A stretch of DNA of 64,000 nt from an uncultured Ramlibacter sp. (GCF_936925435.1 NZ_CAKZHQ010000043.1:8859-72858); one strand, 5' to 3'; counted from the stretch's first letter, positions 50,064 to 60,427 are shown. Made by a program: numbers and translations. The notes: generated from the sequence alone by a model not told the origin.

Positions 50064-50668
50064 AGTCCCTGCTCAGTTGCCTGGCCATGCTGGCCTGCTG
50101 CCTTCCCGCCGCCGCCCAGGCGCCGCAGGAGGACGCAGACGCTCGCGCGCGCATCGGTGCGCAGCGGGCCCAGGCCGAAGCCCGTTACGCGCAGGAAGAG
50201 AGGGCCTGCTACGGCAAGTTCGCGGTCAACGACTGCCTCAATGAAGCCAAGGTCCGCCGGCGCAGCGTGCTGGCCGACCTGCGCCGCGAGGAAATCGCCC
50301 TGAACGATGCCGAACGCAAGCGCCGCGGTGCCGAGCGCCTGCAGCAACTCGAGGAGCGCAATTCGGCGCAAAAGCAGCAGGAAGCGGTCGACCAGAGGGC
50401 CAGGGTCCTGGCCGAGCAGCAGCAACGCGAGCAGCGGGCGGCCGAGAAGGCGGCAGAACGCGGCCAGGCCGAAGCCAGGCGGGCTGCCGAGCCCAAGCCA
50501 GCCCAGCCGGCACGGCAGGCGGCTGAACCGAAGAAGCCCGACGCTGCGGCCAACACGCAGAGCTACGAAAAAAAGCAGCAGCAGGCGCAGCAGCACAAGC
50601 AGCGCACCGAGGAGCGGGCGGCCGAGAACAAGAAGACCGCCGCCCAGCCGCTGCCGGTCCCGCCCTGA
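50060..50668 (+). CDS. hypothetical secreted protein, highly charged Q/E/R/A-rich
   Basis: 202 aa. Signal peptide MKSLLSCLAMLACCLPAAAQA, a Cys pair (CYGKFAVNDC), then low-complexity coiled-coil-like sequence. ATG overlaps the zapE stop (ATGA). Confidence 0.55.
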   Translation: MKSLLSCLAMLACCLPAAAQAPQEDADARARIGAQRAQAEARYAQEERACYGKFAVNDCLNEAKVRRRSVLADLRREEIALNDAERKRRGAERLQQLEERNSAQKQQEAVDQRARVLAEQQQREQRAAEKAAERGQAEARRAAEPKPAQPARQAAEPKKPDAAANTQSYEKKQQQAQQHKQRTEERAAENKKTAAQPLPVPP

Positions 50669-50680
50669 GCGGGACGCGCC

Positions 50681-51442
50681 TCAGCCGTCCAGCGGCTCGA
50701 GTTTGACGATCACCAGCGACAGGTTGTCGCCGCCGCCGCGGGCGCGCGAGCGGGCCTTTTCGATCAGGAACTCGGTGGCTTCGCGCGGCGACAGCGAGGA
50801 CAGTACCGAACCGAGCTCGCTCGGGTTGAAGTAGTGCCAGACACCGTCGCTGCAGGCCAGCAGCACATCGCCCGGCCGCAGCTGGGGAATGAAATGCAGG
50901 TCGGCCGGCGGCTCGTCCTCGGAGCCCAGGCAGCCCATCAGGATGTTCGACTGGGGATGGACGTTGGCCTCTTCCTCGCTCAGTTCGCCCTTGTCGACCA
51001 GGGTCTGCACATAGGAGTGGTCGGCGGTGCGCCGCACCAGCTTGCTGCCGTGGAAGTGGTAGAGCCGCGAGTCGCCGGCATGGACCCAGTGGCAGTCGCC
51101 GTTGGGGTTGATCAGGAAGGCGGCCAGCGTGCTGTGCGGCTCCTGTTCGGCCGAGATCGCCGTGAGCTTGATGACCAGGTGGGCTTCCTGCACCATCTGC
51201 TTGAGGACCGAAGGCGCGTCATCGTGGTCGGGCGAATAGCGCTCGAACAGCTGCTTGGCGGTGAGCATGACCTGGTCGGAGGCCTTGCGGCCGCCGCTGC
51301 GCCCGCCCATGCCATCGGCCACGATGCCCAGCACACAGCCGGTCACTCGCGGGTGGCTGATCAGCGCGACCTGGTCCTGCTGGTATTCACGGTCACCCTT
51401 GTGGATGCCCGTTGAAGCGGTGAGTCGGTAACCTTTGGCCAT
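50681..51442 (-). CDS. PP2C-family serine/threonine protein phosphatase
   Basis: Start at MAKGYRLTASTGIHKGDREYQQD. VADGMGG, GDSRLY, LLACSDGV, GGGDNLSLVIV motifs. Confidence 0.85.
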   Translation of the reverse strand: MAKGYRLTASTGIHKGDREYQQDQVALISHPRVTGCVLGIVADGMGGRSGGRKASDQVMLTAKQLFERYSPDHDDAPSVLKQMVQEAHLVIKLTAISAEQEPHSTLAAFLINPNGDCHWVHAGDSRLYHFHGSKLVRRTADHSYVQTLVDKGELSEEEANVHPQSNILMGCLGSEDEPPADLHFIPQLRPGDVLLACSDGVWHYFNPSELGSVLSSLSPREATEFLIEKARSRARGGGDNLSLVIVKLEPLDG

Positions 51443-51546
51443 GGATGAAGTGCCGGCTTGGCGCGCTGGGCGCCGCGCTCGATTGTTGGGCGTGAAAGAC
51501 GTATTATCGAACACACCGACCGCGCACCCCCGGCGCCGCAGTTTTC

Positions 51547-51750
51547 TTGGACTCCAACCTTCACTCCCCCGAGCGGCGCCTGATCGAGCTGCGCATCGAG
51601 CACGCCGATCTGGACGCGCTGATCGATCGCGCCAGCCAGCAGGTGCCCGTCGACGAGCTGATGATGCGGCGGCTCAAGAAGCGCCGCCTGGCCCTGCGTG
51701 ACCTGCTGGCCCGGCTGGAGCTGGCGCTCGATCCCAAAGAGCCGGCGTGA
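51547..51750 (+). CDS. DUF465 (YdcH-like) small protein
   Basis: 67 aa. The only in-frame start after the upstream stop at 51493-51495 is TTG at 51547. LIELRIEHADLDALI...RLKKRRLALRDLLARL resembles the YdcH pattern. Its stop overlaps the helicase ATG (TGATG). Confidence 0.6.
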   Translation: MDSNLHSPERRLIELRIEHADLDALIDRASQQVPVDELMMRRLKKRRLALRDLLARLELALDPKEPA

Positions 51751-53750
51751 TGCTTGAGGACAGTGTGCGCGAGGCCTTTGCGCCCGGGGGCGTCCTGTCC
51801 CGGGCGGCCGACGAATTCCGTCCCCGGCCGCAGCAGACCGAGATGGCCATGGCTGTGGCCCGGACCATCGCCGAGGGCGGCGCCCTGGTGGTCGAGGCCG
51901 GCACCGGCGTCGGCAAGACCTTTTCCTACCTGGTGCCGGCACTGATGTCGGGCGAGCGCGTGCTGGTGTCCACCGCCACCAAGACCTTGCAGGACCAACT
52001 GTTCGGGCGCGACCTGCCGCGCCTGGTGCAGGCGCTGGGCCTGCCGCTGCGCACCGCCTTGCTCAAGGGGCGCGCCAGCTACCTGTGCCTGCACCGCATG
52101 GAACAGGCCCGCGAGCAGGCCGACCGCACCAGTGCCCGTTCCCTGGCCAGGATCGAGGAATGGTCCCAGGCCACCCGCACCGGCGACCTGGCCGAACTGC
52201 CGGGGCTGGACGAGCGCTCGCCGCTGATCCCGCTGGTCACTTCGACGCGGGAGAACTGCCTGGGCTCGCAGTGCCCGAAATTCCGTGCCTGCCATGTCAA
52301 CCTGGCCCGCAAGGAGGCCATGGCGGCCGACGTGGTGGTGGTCAACCACCACCTGTTCTTTGCCGACCTGGCGGTGCGCGAGTCAGGCATGGCCGAACTG
52401 CTGCCGACCGTGCGGGTGGCCATCTTCGACGAAGCCCACCAGCTCAACGAAACCGGCGTGCAGTTCCTGGGCACGCAGCTGACCACCGGCCAGGTGCTGG
52501 ACTTCGCGCACGACCTGCTGGCCACCGGCCTGCAGCTGGCGCGCGGCCTGGTGGACTGGCAAGGCACGGCTGCCGACGTGGAGCGCTCGGCGCGCGAGCT
52601 GCGGCTGGTGGTGGGCAAGTCCTGGCCCGGCGCCCGGCTGCGCTGGACCGGCGAAGCGCCCGAGCAGGTGCCGGCCGATGACTGGCGTCAGGCGCTGGCT
52701 GGGGTGCAGACGGCCTGCACCCGGGCGGCCCAAGCGCTGGCCACGGTCAGCGAGATCGCCCCTGACTTCACCCGCCTGGTCGAGCGTGCAGAACTGTTCG
52801 CCCAGCGGGCGGGACGCTTTACTGGCGAGTGTGAGTCCGGCGCGGTGCGCTGGGTCGATGTGGGCCAGCAGTTGCGCCTGGTGGAGTCGCCGCTTGACAT
52901 CGCACAGGCCGTGCAGGCCAAGATGCTGCGCAGCGGCGCCGAGGATGGCGAGGGCGCTTCCAGGTCCTGGATTTTCACTTCCGCGACCCTGGGCGACGAT
53001 GCCCGCCTGAGCTGGTTCACCGAGCCCTGCGGCCTGGGCGAGGCGCAGGTGCTGCGGGTGGGCAGCCCGTTCGACTATGCGCAGCAGGCGGCGCTGTACG
53101 TGCCGCGCCAGCTGGCCAAACCCAATGACCCGGCGCATAGCGCCCAGGTCGCCGCGCTGGCAGCGGACGCGGCACGCCGGCTGGGCGGGCGCACCATGGT
53201 GCTGACCACCACGCTGCGCGCCCTGCGTGCCGTCGGCGAGGACCTGCAGGCGCGCTTCGAGGGCTCGCAGCAGGTCGAGATCCTGGTCCAGGGCCAGTGG
53301 CCCAAGCGCCGCCTGATCGAACGCTTCCGCGAGGGCGCTTCCCAGGGGCGCCCGGGCTGCGTGCTGGTGGCCTCGGCCTCGTTCTGGGAAGGGGTGGACG
53401 TGCCCGGCGATGCCTTGCAGTTGGTGGTGATCGACAAGCTGCCGTTCCCGCCGCCAGGCGACCCGCTGGTCGAGGCCAGGGCCCAGCGCCTGGAGGGGCA
53501 GGGGCGCAGCGCCTTCAACGACTACTTCGTGCCGGAGGCAGCGGTGGCCCTCAAGCAGGGCGCCGGACGGCTGATCCGCCGCGAATCGGACCAGGGCCTG
53601 CTGGTGGTATGCGACACCCGGCTGGCCAGCATGGGCTACGGCAAGCGCCTGCTCGGGGCCCTGCCGCCCATGCGCAGATTGCAGTCGGAAGAGGAATTCA
53701 GTGAGGCGCTCGATGCGCTGGGCCAGAGCGCCGGCGCGTCGGCGGCCTGA
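51750..53750 (+). CDS. dinG: ATP-dependent DNA helicase, DinG/YoaA (XPD-like Fe-S) family
   Basis: RPQQTEMA, EAGTGVGKTFSYL Walker A, Cys cluster CLGSQCPKFRAC, VVNHHL, FDEAH, TSATL, QGAGRLIRR. Confidence 0.85.
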   Translation: MLEDSVREAFAPGGVLSRAADEFRPRPQQTEMAMAVARTIAEGGALVVEAGTGVGKTFSYLVPALMSGERVLVSTATKTLQDQLFGRDLPRLVQALGLPLRTALLKGRASYLCLHRMEQAREQADRTSARSLARIEEWSQATRTGDLAELPGLDERSPLIPLVTSTRENCLGSQCPKFRACHVNLARKEAMAADVVVVNHHLFFADLAVRESGMAELLPTVRVAIFDEAHQLNETGVQFLGTQLTTGQVLDFAHDLLATGLQLARGLVDWQGTAADVERSARELRLVVGKSWPGARLRWTGEAPEQVPADDWRQALAGVQTACTRAAQALATVSEIAPDFTRLVERAELFAQRAGRFTGECESGAVRWVDVGQQLRLVESPLDIAQAVQAKMLRSGAEDGEGASRSWIFTSATLGDDARLSWFTEPCGLGEAQVLRVGSPFDYAQQAALYVPRQLAKPNDPAHSAQVAALAADAARRLGGRTMVLTTTLRALRAVGEDLQARFEGSQQVEILVQGQWPKRRLIERFREGASQGRPGCVLVASASFWEGVDVPGDALQLVVIDKLPFPPPGDPLVEARAQRLEGQGRSAFNDYFVPEAAVALKQGAGRLIRRESDQGLLVVCDTRLASMGYGKRLLGALPPMRRLQSEEEFSEALDALGQSAGASAA

Positions 53751-53756
53751 GCAGGT

Positions 53757-54569
53757 CTACCAGAACTTCCACCAGGCGTTCTGCGAGCCCTTGCCGCCTT
53801 GCGTCAGGTAGGCGCTGGCGGGGTAATTCTTCTCCAGCACGCGGCGCGTGTCGCCGGCCAGCTGCTCCATGCCCAGCGCGGTGTACGAGCGGTACAGGAT
53901 GAACAGGGCCTCTTCGATCGCCGGCACGTCCTGGTACTCGGTCACCGCGACCTGGGCCCGGCTGACGGCCGCCACATAGGCGCCGCGGCTGAGGTAGTAG
54001 CGGGCGACATGCACCTCATACTGCGCCAGCGAATTGACGATGTAGGTCATGCGGGCTCGGGCGTCGGGCGTGTAGCGCGACTCCGGGTAGCGCGCGACCA
54101 GTTCCTTGAAGGCCTCAAAGGATTCCTTGGCCGCCTTCTGGTCGCGCTCGGACAGGTCCTGCTGCGTGATGAAGGAGAACATGCCCAGGTTGTCGTTGAA
54201 GTTGACGATGCCCTTGAGATACAGGGCATAGTCGAGCGCCGGGCTGGCCGGGTGCAGCTTGATGAAGCGGTCCAGTGTGGACTGCGCCTGCGCTTGTTCG
54301 CCGGCCTTGTAGTGGGCATAGGCCTTTTCCAGCTGGGCCTGCTGCGCCAGCGGCGTGCCGGCGGCGCGGCCCTCGAGCTTTTCGAACAGTGGGATCGCCT
54401 TGTCGTAGGCGCCCGAGTTCATTTCGTCCTTGGCCTCGGCATAAATCCGGTTGGGGCTCCAGGCAGCAGTCTTGTCGTCCGGCGTGGACGAACAGCCCGC
54501 GAGCAATGCCGCCAGGACCAGTGCGCCCGGCAGCAGGACTGGGACAACCGATAATTTGGCTCGAAGCAT
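53757..54569 (-). CDS. bamD: outer membrane protein assembly factor BamD
   Basis: Lipobox LLAGCSS, TPR-like repeats, YxEAKDEMNSGAYDKAIPLFEKL. ATG at 54569; a GTG at 54575 is also possible. Confidence 0.85.
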   Translation of the reverse strand: MLRAKLSVVPVLLPGALVLAALLAGCSSTPDDKTAAWSPNRIYAEAKDEMNSGAYDKAIPLFEKLEGRAAGTPLAQQAQLEKAYAHYKAGEQAQAQSTLDRFIKLHPASPALDYALYLKGIVNFNDNLGMFSFITQQDLSERDQKAAKESFEAFKELVARYPESRYTPDARARMTYIVNSLAQYEVHVARYYLSRGAYVAAVSRAQVAVTEYQDVPAIEEALFILYRSYTALGMEQLAGDTRRVLEKNYPASAYLTQGGKGSQNAWWKFW

Positions 54570-54640
54570 CAGCACGGACTTTCTTGAAACAGGGCAAATT
54601 CATTCTATCAGCCGACCCTTTGCCGCCAGAGGCGCAGCAG

Positions 54641-55633
54641 GTGCTGGACGAGGCCGCCGACGCCGGCCCCGAGCTGGAACTGCGGGCTTTCGCCATCGAT
54701 GCCACGCGCGACGGCGAGCGGCTGGACCGCGCCCTGGCCGCGCTGGTGCCGGAGTTCTCCCGCAGCTACCTGCAGCAACTCCTCGAGGCCGGCTCGGTGC
54801 GCCTGAACGGCCGGCCTTGCCTGCGCTCGGCGCACAAGGTGCGCGCCGGCGACACGGGCGAGGTCGAGCTGCGGCCCACGCCGCAGAGCCAGGCCTTCAA
54901 GGCCGAGCCCATGGCGCTGTCGGTGGTCTATGAGGACGAACACCTGCTGGTGGTCGACAAGCCGGCCGGCCTGGTGGTGCATCCCGCGCCGGGCAACTGG
55001 AGCGGGACTCTGCTCAATGGCCTGCTGGCGCGCGACGACAAGGCCGCACTGCTGCCGCGCGCTGGCATCGTGCACCGGCTGGACAAGGACACCAGCGGCC
55101 TGATGGTGGTGGCGCGTACCCGCGCCACCATGGATGCCCTGGTACGGCTGATCGCGGCGCGCGAGGTGACGCGCCAGTACGTGGCGCTGGCGCACCGGCC
55201 CTGGCTGGGGGCGCGCCGGCGCGAGGTGAACGAGGCGGTCGGCCGCGACCCGCGCAACCGGCTTCGCATGGCGGCCGTCGACATGGACAAGACCGCCGGA
55301 AAGGCGGCGTCCACCTTGTTTGAATTGCTGCAAAATTGTGAGCATGGCTGCTGGGTGCAGGCGAGCTTGAGGACGGGACGCACGCACCAGATCCGCGTCC
55401 ACATGGCGCACATCGGCCATCCGCTGGTGGCCGACGGCCTGTACGGCGGCGCGCCGGCGGCAGGCATGCAGCGCCAGGCCTTGCACGCTTTCCGGCTGGC
55501 CTTCGTTCATCCTGTCACCGGCCAGCCGCTGGCGTTCCAGTCCGTGCCGCCGGCCGACCTGTCGGCGGCACTGCGCGACTGGGGGCTGCGTTACAATGAA
55601 TCTGAATGGCTCAAGAGCCACGCCCCCGGCTAG
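54641..55633 (+). CDS. rluD: 23S rRNA pseudouridine synthase RluD (RluA family)
   Basis: Real part of ORF 54275..55633. GTG at 54641 lies 8 nt after GAGG (TTG at 54620 is an alternative). S4 domain (GERLDRALA), HRLDKDTSGLMVVA, GRTHQIRVH. Confidence 0.8.
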   Translation: MLDEAADAGPELELRAFAIDATRDGERLDRALAALVPEFSRSYLQQLLEAGSVRLNGRPCLRSAHKVRAGDTGEVELRPTPQSQAFKAEPMALSVVYEDEHLLVVDKPAGLVVHPAPGNWSGTLLNGLLARDDKAALLPRAGIVHRLDKDTSGLMVVARTRATMDALVRLIAAREVTRQYVALAHRPWLGARRREVNEAVGRDPRNRLRMAAVDMDKTAGKAASTLFELLQNCEHGCWVQASLRTGRTHQIRVHMAHIGHPLVADGLYGGAPAAGMQRQALHAFRLAFVHPVTGQPLAFQSVPPADLSAALRDWGLRYNESEWLKSHAPG

Positions 55634-55750
55634 CCCGCGGTGGCAGGCGCCCGGTAGGCAATGGCCGTGCGCAGCAGCGAGAGAATCGCCCCGGATTGGC
55701 CCTGAGACCCACGCGCCCGAATGGCGCCTTTTCCGAAGAACCGCAAGACC

Positions 55751-56461
55751 ATGAATACGACGGATGCCAAGCGCGTCCTGGAAACTGCCTTGATCTGCTC
55801 GCAGCAGCCCCTGCCCGTGCGGGAGCTGCGCGTGCTGTTCAACGACGAACTGGGCGCCGACACGATCAAGACCCTGCTGCAGGACCTGCAGAACGACTGG
55901 GCGCAGCGTGGTGTCGAACTGGTGAGCGTGGCTAGCGGCTGGCGTTTTCAGAGCCGGCCCGAGATGCGCGAGCACCTGGACCGCCTGCACCCGGAAAAGC
56001 CGCCCAAGTACACCCGGGCCACCCTGGAGACGCTGGCCATCATCGCCTACCGGCAGCCGGTCACGCGCGGTGACATGGAAGATATCCGCGGTGTGACCAT
56101 CAACAGCCTGATCCTCAAGCAGCTTGAGGACCGCGGCTGGGTCGAGGTGATCGGCCACCGCGAGGCGCCCGGTCGGCCGGCGCTGTTCGCCACCACCCGC
56201 CAGTTCCTGGACGACCTGGGCCTGGAGTCGCTGGACCAGCTGCCCCTGCTGGACAGCCCTGCCCAGCAAGCCAGTGTGCTGGAGTCGCTGGGCGCTGCCG
56301 CCCAGGCGCTGCAGCTGCAACCCGGCCTGGAAATGGAAGCGCTGGCGCAGACCGAGCCAGCACCAGCGCAAGCCGGCGGCGAGCCGCCGGCTGATCTCTC
56401 CCCCGATGAAGCCGTGGCCGACGACGAGGACCCGGCAGCCTTGACCCAAGAAAAAGCATGA
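55751..56461 (+). CDS. scpB: SMC-Scp complex subunit ScpB
   Basis: Start at [57 protein letters not shown]. Confidence 0.85.
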   Translation: MNTTDAKRVLETALICSQQPLPVRELRVLFNDELGADTIKTLLQDLQNDWAQRGVELVSVASGWRFQSRPEMREHLDRLHPEKPPKYTRATLETLAIIAYRQPVTRGDMEDIRGVTINSLILKQLEDRGWVEVIGHREAPGRPALFATTRQFLDDLGLESLDQLPLLDSPAQQASVLESLGAAAQALQLQPGLEMEALAQTEPAPAQAGGEPPADLSPDEAVADDEDPAALTQEKA

Positions 56462-57915
56462 ACGATCCCACCGAAGGCCAAGGCGTACCCGATCCCGAGA
56501 CCGTGGAGACGGACACGCCGCCCGTGCCGGCCCAGCCCGTGCAGCGGCAAGCAGCCAGCGCCGACAGCCATGAGGACGACGACCTCGATCTGGACGAAGA
56601 CGAAGATGAGGACGGTGATGAGCCGCGCCAGGGCCGCCAGGCCGACGCCGCGCCCACGGTACCCATCCGTTTCGAGGACGTGGTGTCCGGCCAGTTCGAC
56701 GCCGACGAGGGCAGCGCCGAGGTCACCCTGCCCAAGCGGGTGCTGGGTGCACAGGCCGAGACCCCCAAGCTGCACAAGGTGCTGGCGCAGTCCGGCCTGG
56801 GCTCGCGGCTGGAGATGGAGCAGCTGATCATGGAGGGCCGGATCTCGGTCAACAACGAGCCCGCCCACATCGGCCAGCGCATCCAGTTCGGCGACCAGAT
56901 CAAGATCAATGGCAAGCCCATCCGCTTTCGCATCGCGCCGCCGCCGGCACGGGTGATCGCCTACCACAAGCCGGTGGGCGAAGTCGTGACCCATGATGAT
57001 CCGCAAAATCGTCCCACGGTCTTTCGCAAACTGCCCAAGCTCTACCAGGGCAAGTGGCAGTCGGTCGGCCGGCTCGACCTGAACACCGAAGGGCTGCTGC
57101 TGTTCACCAGCTCGGGCGAACTGGCCAACCGGCTGATGCATCCGCGCTTCGGCCTGGAGCGCGAGTACGCCGTGCGCGTGCTGGGTGCCCTGAGCGGCGA
57201 GGAAAAGAAACGCTTGCTCGACGGCATCGAGCTGGAAGACGGCCGGGCACAGTTCCGCTCGATCGAGGACGGCGGCGGCGAAGGCGCCAACACATGGTAC
57301 CGGGTGACGATTTCCGAGGGCCGCAACCGCGAGGTGCGCCGCCTGTTCGAGGGCCTGGGCCATGCCGTCAGCCGGCTGATCCGCATCCGCTATGGCGCCA
57401 TGCTGCTGCCCAGGGGCCTCAAGCGCGGCGCTTTCATGGAACTGGACGAGCGCGACATCCGCTCCCTGATGCAGGCTGCCGGCGAATCCGGCGCCGGCGC
57501 ACCGCCGCGTGAGACCTCGGAAGAGGGCGAAGGCCGGGGCGGCCGCAACCGCCGGCGCGGCAACCGCACCGGGGGTCCGCGGGGCGCCGGCGGCGAAGGC
57601 CAGCAGCGCGGGCCGGGCGGTCCGCAGCAGCGCGGCGGTGGCCAAGGCCAAGGCCAGAAGCGTCGCAACGACCGTAACGACCGCGGCAACGACCGTGGTG
57701 GTGACCGTCAGGGTGGCGGCAGCGCCCAGCCCGATCCGATGAAAACCGCTTTCGGCTACATCGGCGCCGACAGCTTCACCCGCCAGCGCCAGGGCGGCCA
57801 GGGGCAAGGCCCCGGCGGTCCGCGCCGTGGTGGTGGTGGTGGTGGTGGTGGTGGTGGTGGTGGTACGGGCGGTGGTGGTGGCGGCGGACAGCGCCGCGGC
57901 GGCCGCGGCCGTTAG
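56458..57915 (+). CDS. rluB: 23S rRNA pseudouridine(2605) synthase RluB with acidic N-terminal and Gly/Arg-rich C-terminal extensions
   Basis: 485 aa. S4 domain ([18 protein letters not shown]), [26 protein letters not shown] overlaps the scpB stop. Confidence 0.85.
   Translation: MNDPTEGQGVPDPETVETDTPPVPAQPVQRQAASADSHEDDDLDLDEDEDEDGDEPRQGRQADAAPTVPIRFEDVVSGQFDADEGSAEVTLPKRVLGAQAETPKLHKVLAQSGLGSRLEMEQLIMEGRISVNNEPAHIGQRIQFGDQIKINGKPIRFRIAPPPARVIAYHKPVGEVVTHDDPQNRPTVFRKLPKLYQGKWQSVGRLDLNTEGLLLFTSSGELANRLMHPRFGLEREYAVRVLGALSGEEKKRLLDGIELEDGRAQFRSIEDGGGEGANTWYRVTISEGRNREVRRLFEGLGHAVSRLIRIRYGAMLLPRGLKRGAFMELDERDIRSLMQAAGESGAGAPPRETSEEGEGRGGRNRRRGNRTGGPRGAGGEGQQRGPGGPQQRGGGQGQGQKRRNDRNDRGNDRGGDRQGGGSAQPDPMKTAFGYIGADSFTRQRQGGQGQGPGGPRRGGGGGGGGGGGGTGGGGGGGQRRGGRGR
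57829..57864 (+). repeat. (GGT)12 perfect trinucleotide repeat inside the rluB tail
   Basis: Counted codon by codon: 12 consecutive GGT codons encoding Gly12. Confidence 0.9.
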
Positions 57916-58005
57916 CGCGTCATCCGCGCGGGTTAAAATTCGAGGCTTTGCCGAAACTTTGGAATGCGGCAAAACCCTAACAATTCAATTCACAGGAAAT
58001 CCAAC

Positions 58006-58431
58006 ATGGCAATCGAACGCACTCTCTCCATCATCAAGCCCGACGCAGTGGCGAAAAACGTGATCGGCCAGATCTACGCCCGCTTCGAAGCCGCCGGCCT
58101 GAAGGTCGTGGCCGCCCGTATGGCCCACCTGTCGCGCGGCGAAGCCGAGCAGTTCTACGCCGTCCACAAGGAGCGCCCCTTCTTCAAGGATCTGGTCGAA
58201 TTCATGATCTCCGGCCCGGTGATGATCCAGGCGCTCGAGGGCGAGAACGCCGTCCTGAAGAACCGTGAGCTGATGGGCGCCACCGACCCCAAGAAGGCCG
58301 ACAAGGGCACCATCCGCGCCGACTTCGCCGACAGCATCGACGCCAACGCCGTGCACGGCTCGGACGCCGTCGACACCGCCAAGGTGGAAGTGGGCTTCTT
58401 CTTCCCCGGCATGAACGTCTATTCCCGCTAA
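58006..58431 (+). CDS. ndk: nucleoside-diphosphate kinase
   Basis: [15 protein letters not shown]..., NAVHGSD active-site His. AGGAAA RBS. Confidence 0.95.
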   Translation: MAIERTLSIIKPDAVAKNVIGQIYARFEAAGLKVVAARMAHLSRGEAEQFYAVHKERPFFKDLVEFMISGPVMIQALEGENAVLKNRELMGATDPKKADKGTIRADFADSIDANAVHGSDAVDTAKVEVGFFFPGMNVYSR

Positions 58432-58450
58432 GGCGGGAATCCCGCATGCA

Positions 58451-59605
58451 ATGACGGCCAATCTTCTCGACTTCGATCTGGAGGGGCTGGCCGCGTTTTG
58501 CGAAACGCTGGGCGAGAAGCGCTTCCGCGCCACCCAGCTGTTCCGCTGGATCCACCAGCGCGGCGCGCGCGACTTCGGCCAGATGAGCGACCTGGCGAAA
58601 TCGCTGCGCGAGAAGCTCGCCACCACCGCCCGGGTCGAAGGCCTGCAGGTCATCAGCCAGCAGGAGTCCACCGACGGCACCATCAAGTGGCTGTTCGATG
58701 TGGGCAATGGCGACGCCGTCGAGGCGGTTTTCATCCCCGAGGACGACCGCGGCACGCTGTGCGTGTCGTCACAGGCCGGCTGCGCCGTCGGCTGTCGCTT
58801 CTGCTCCACCGGCCACCAGGGCTTTTCCCGCAACCTCAGCACCGGCGAGATCGTCGCCCAACTCTGGTTCGCCGAGCACTTCCTGCGCCAGCATCTCAAG
58901 CGCAACGAACGCGTCATCTCCAATGTGGTGATGATGGGCATGGGCGAGCCGCTGCAAAACTACTCGGCCCTGGTGCCCGCGTTGCGCGTCATGCTGGACG
59001 ACCACGGCTATGGCCTGTCGCGCCGCCGCGTCACCGTCTCGACCTCCGGCGTGGTGCCGATGATGGACAGGCTGGGGCAGGACTGTCCGGTGGCGCTGGC
59101 GGTCTCGCTGCATGCGCCCAACGACGCGTTGCGCGACAACCTGGTGCCACTCAATAAAAAATATCCGCTGGCCGAGCTGCTGGACACCTGCATCCGCTAC
59201 CTCGAGCATGCGCCGCGCGACTTCATCACCTTCGAGTACTGCATGCTCGATGGCGTCAACGACCTGCCCGAGCACGCGCAGCAGCTGGTGGACCTTGTTA
59301 CGCGCCATGGCGGCCGCGGCGTGTCGTGCAAGATCAACCTGATTCCCTTCAATCCATTTCCGCAGTCGGGCCTGACGCGTTCGCCCAACAAGCAGGTCGT
59401 CGCTTTCGCGAAAATCCTCAGTGATGCTGGTATCGTCACCACTGTGCGCAAAACCAGGGGGGACGACATCGACGCGGCCTGCGGACAGCTCGCCGGCGAT
59501 GTCAAGGACCGCACCCGTGTGGGCCAGCGGATCGCCCAGCAGCGCACTGTGGTGCTGAAACAGATGCCGGCGGTGGCTGCCACCGCCAAGGAGACATCGC
59601 GATGA
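58451..59605 (+). CDS. rlmN: 23S rRNA/tRNA (adenine-C2)-methyltransferase, radical SAM
   Basis: 384 aa. [18 protein letters not shown] radical-SAM cluster, [15 protein letters not shown]. Confidence 0.95.
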   Translation: MTANLLDFDLEGLAAFCETLGEKRFRATQLFRWIHQRGARDFGQMSDLAKSLREKLATTARVEGLQVISQQESTDGTIKWLFDVGNGDAVEAVFIPEDDRGTLCVSSQAGCAVGCRFCSTGHQGFSRNLSTGEIVAQLWFAEHFLRQHLKRNERVISNVVMMGMGEPLQNYSALVPALRVMLDDHGYGLSRRRVTVSTSGVVPMMDRLGQDCPVALAVSLHAPNDALRDNLVPLNKKYPLAELLDTCIRYLEHAPRDFITFEYCMLDGVNDLPEHAQQLVDLVTRHGGRGVSCKINLIPFNPFPQSGLTRSPNKQVVAFAKILSDAGIVTTVRKTRGDDIDAACGQLAGDVKDRTRVGQRIAQQRTVVLKQMPAVAATAKETSR

Positions 59606-60427
59606 GGATCTGCGTTGGGCGGGGGGTGGCGGCTTGGGGCGGTTTGCTGCCATGGGCCTGCCTCATGGGGGCGCTGCTGGCGCTTGCGGGATGTGCCAAC
59701 AAGCCCGGCGAAGCTTCGGCAGCGTCGACCGCCGACGTCATGACGGCGTCGGACGAGCCCGAGGCACGCAAGCGCGCCCGCATCCGCATGGAACTGGCCG
59801 TGGGCTATTTCGAGCAGGGCAAGACCGACATCGCCCTGGACGAACTCAAGCAGGTCATCACCATCGACCCGAGCTTTCCCGAGGCCTACAGCATGCGGGG
59901 CGTGATCTACATGCGCATGAACGACCTGCGTCTGGCGGAAGACAGCTTCAAGCGGGCGCTGGCGCTCAACCCGCGCGACGCCAACGCGCTGCACAACCTG
60001 GGCTGGCTGCAATGCCAGCAAGCCCGTTACAGCGAGGCCCAGGTGTCCTTCACGGCGGCCATGGCCAACCCCATGTACCAGGACCGTGCCAAGACCCTGA
60101 TGACCCAGGGCCTGTGCGAGGCGCGCGCCGGCCGCAAGGCCGACGCCGAGCGCAGCCTGGCGCGTTCCCTTGAGCTCGATGCCGCCAACCCGGTGACCGG
60201 GTACAACCTGGCCAACCTGCTGTACCAACGCGGCGAGTTGGTGCGTTCGCAGTTCTACATCCGACGCCTGAACAACAGCGATCTGGCCAATGCCGAGAGC
60301 CTGTGGCTGGGCATCAAGGTCGAGCGCAAGCTCAACGACCGCGTGGCCATGAACCAGCTGGGCGAGCAGCTGCGCAAGCGCTTCCCGCAATCGCGCCAGG
60401 TCGCAGCCTATGACCGTGGAGCCTTCG

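Noticed and set aside
51750-53750. DinG-family helicase next to a PP2C phosphatase, as a possible defence module (DinG occurs in some CRISPR and anti-phage systems)
   Set aside because: The sequence has the housekeeping YoaA/DinG layout with an Fe-S cluster. The flanks are bamD/rluD and core genes. No nuclease, cas, methylase or toxin partner is present.
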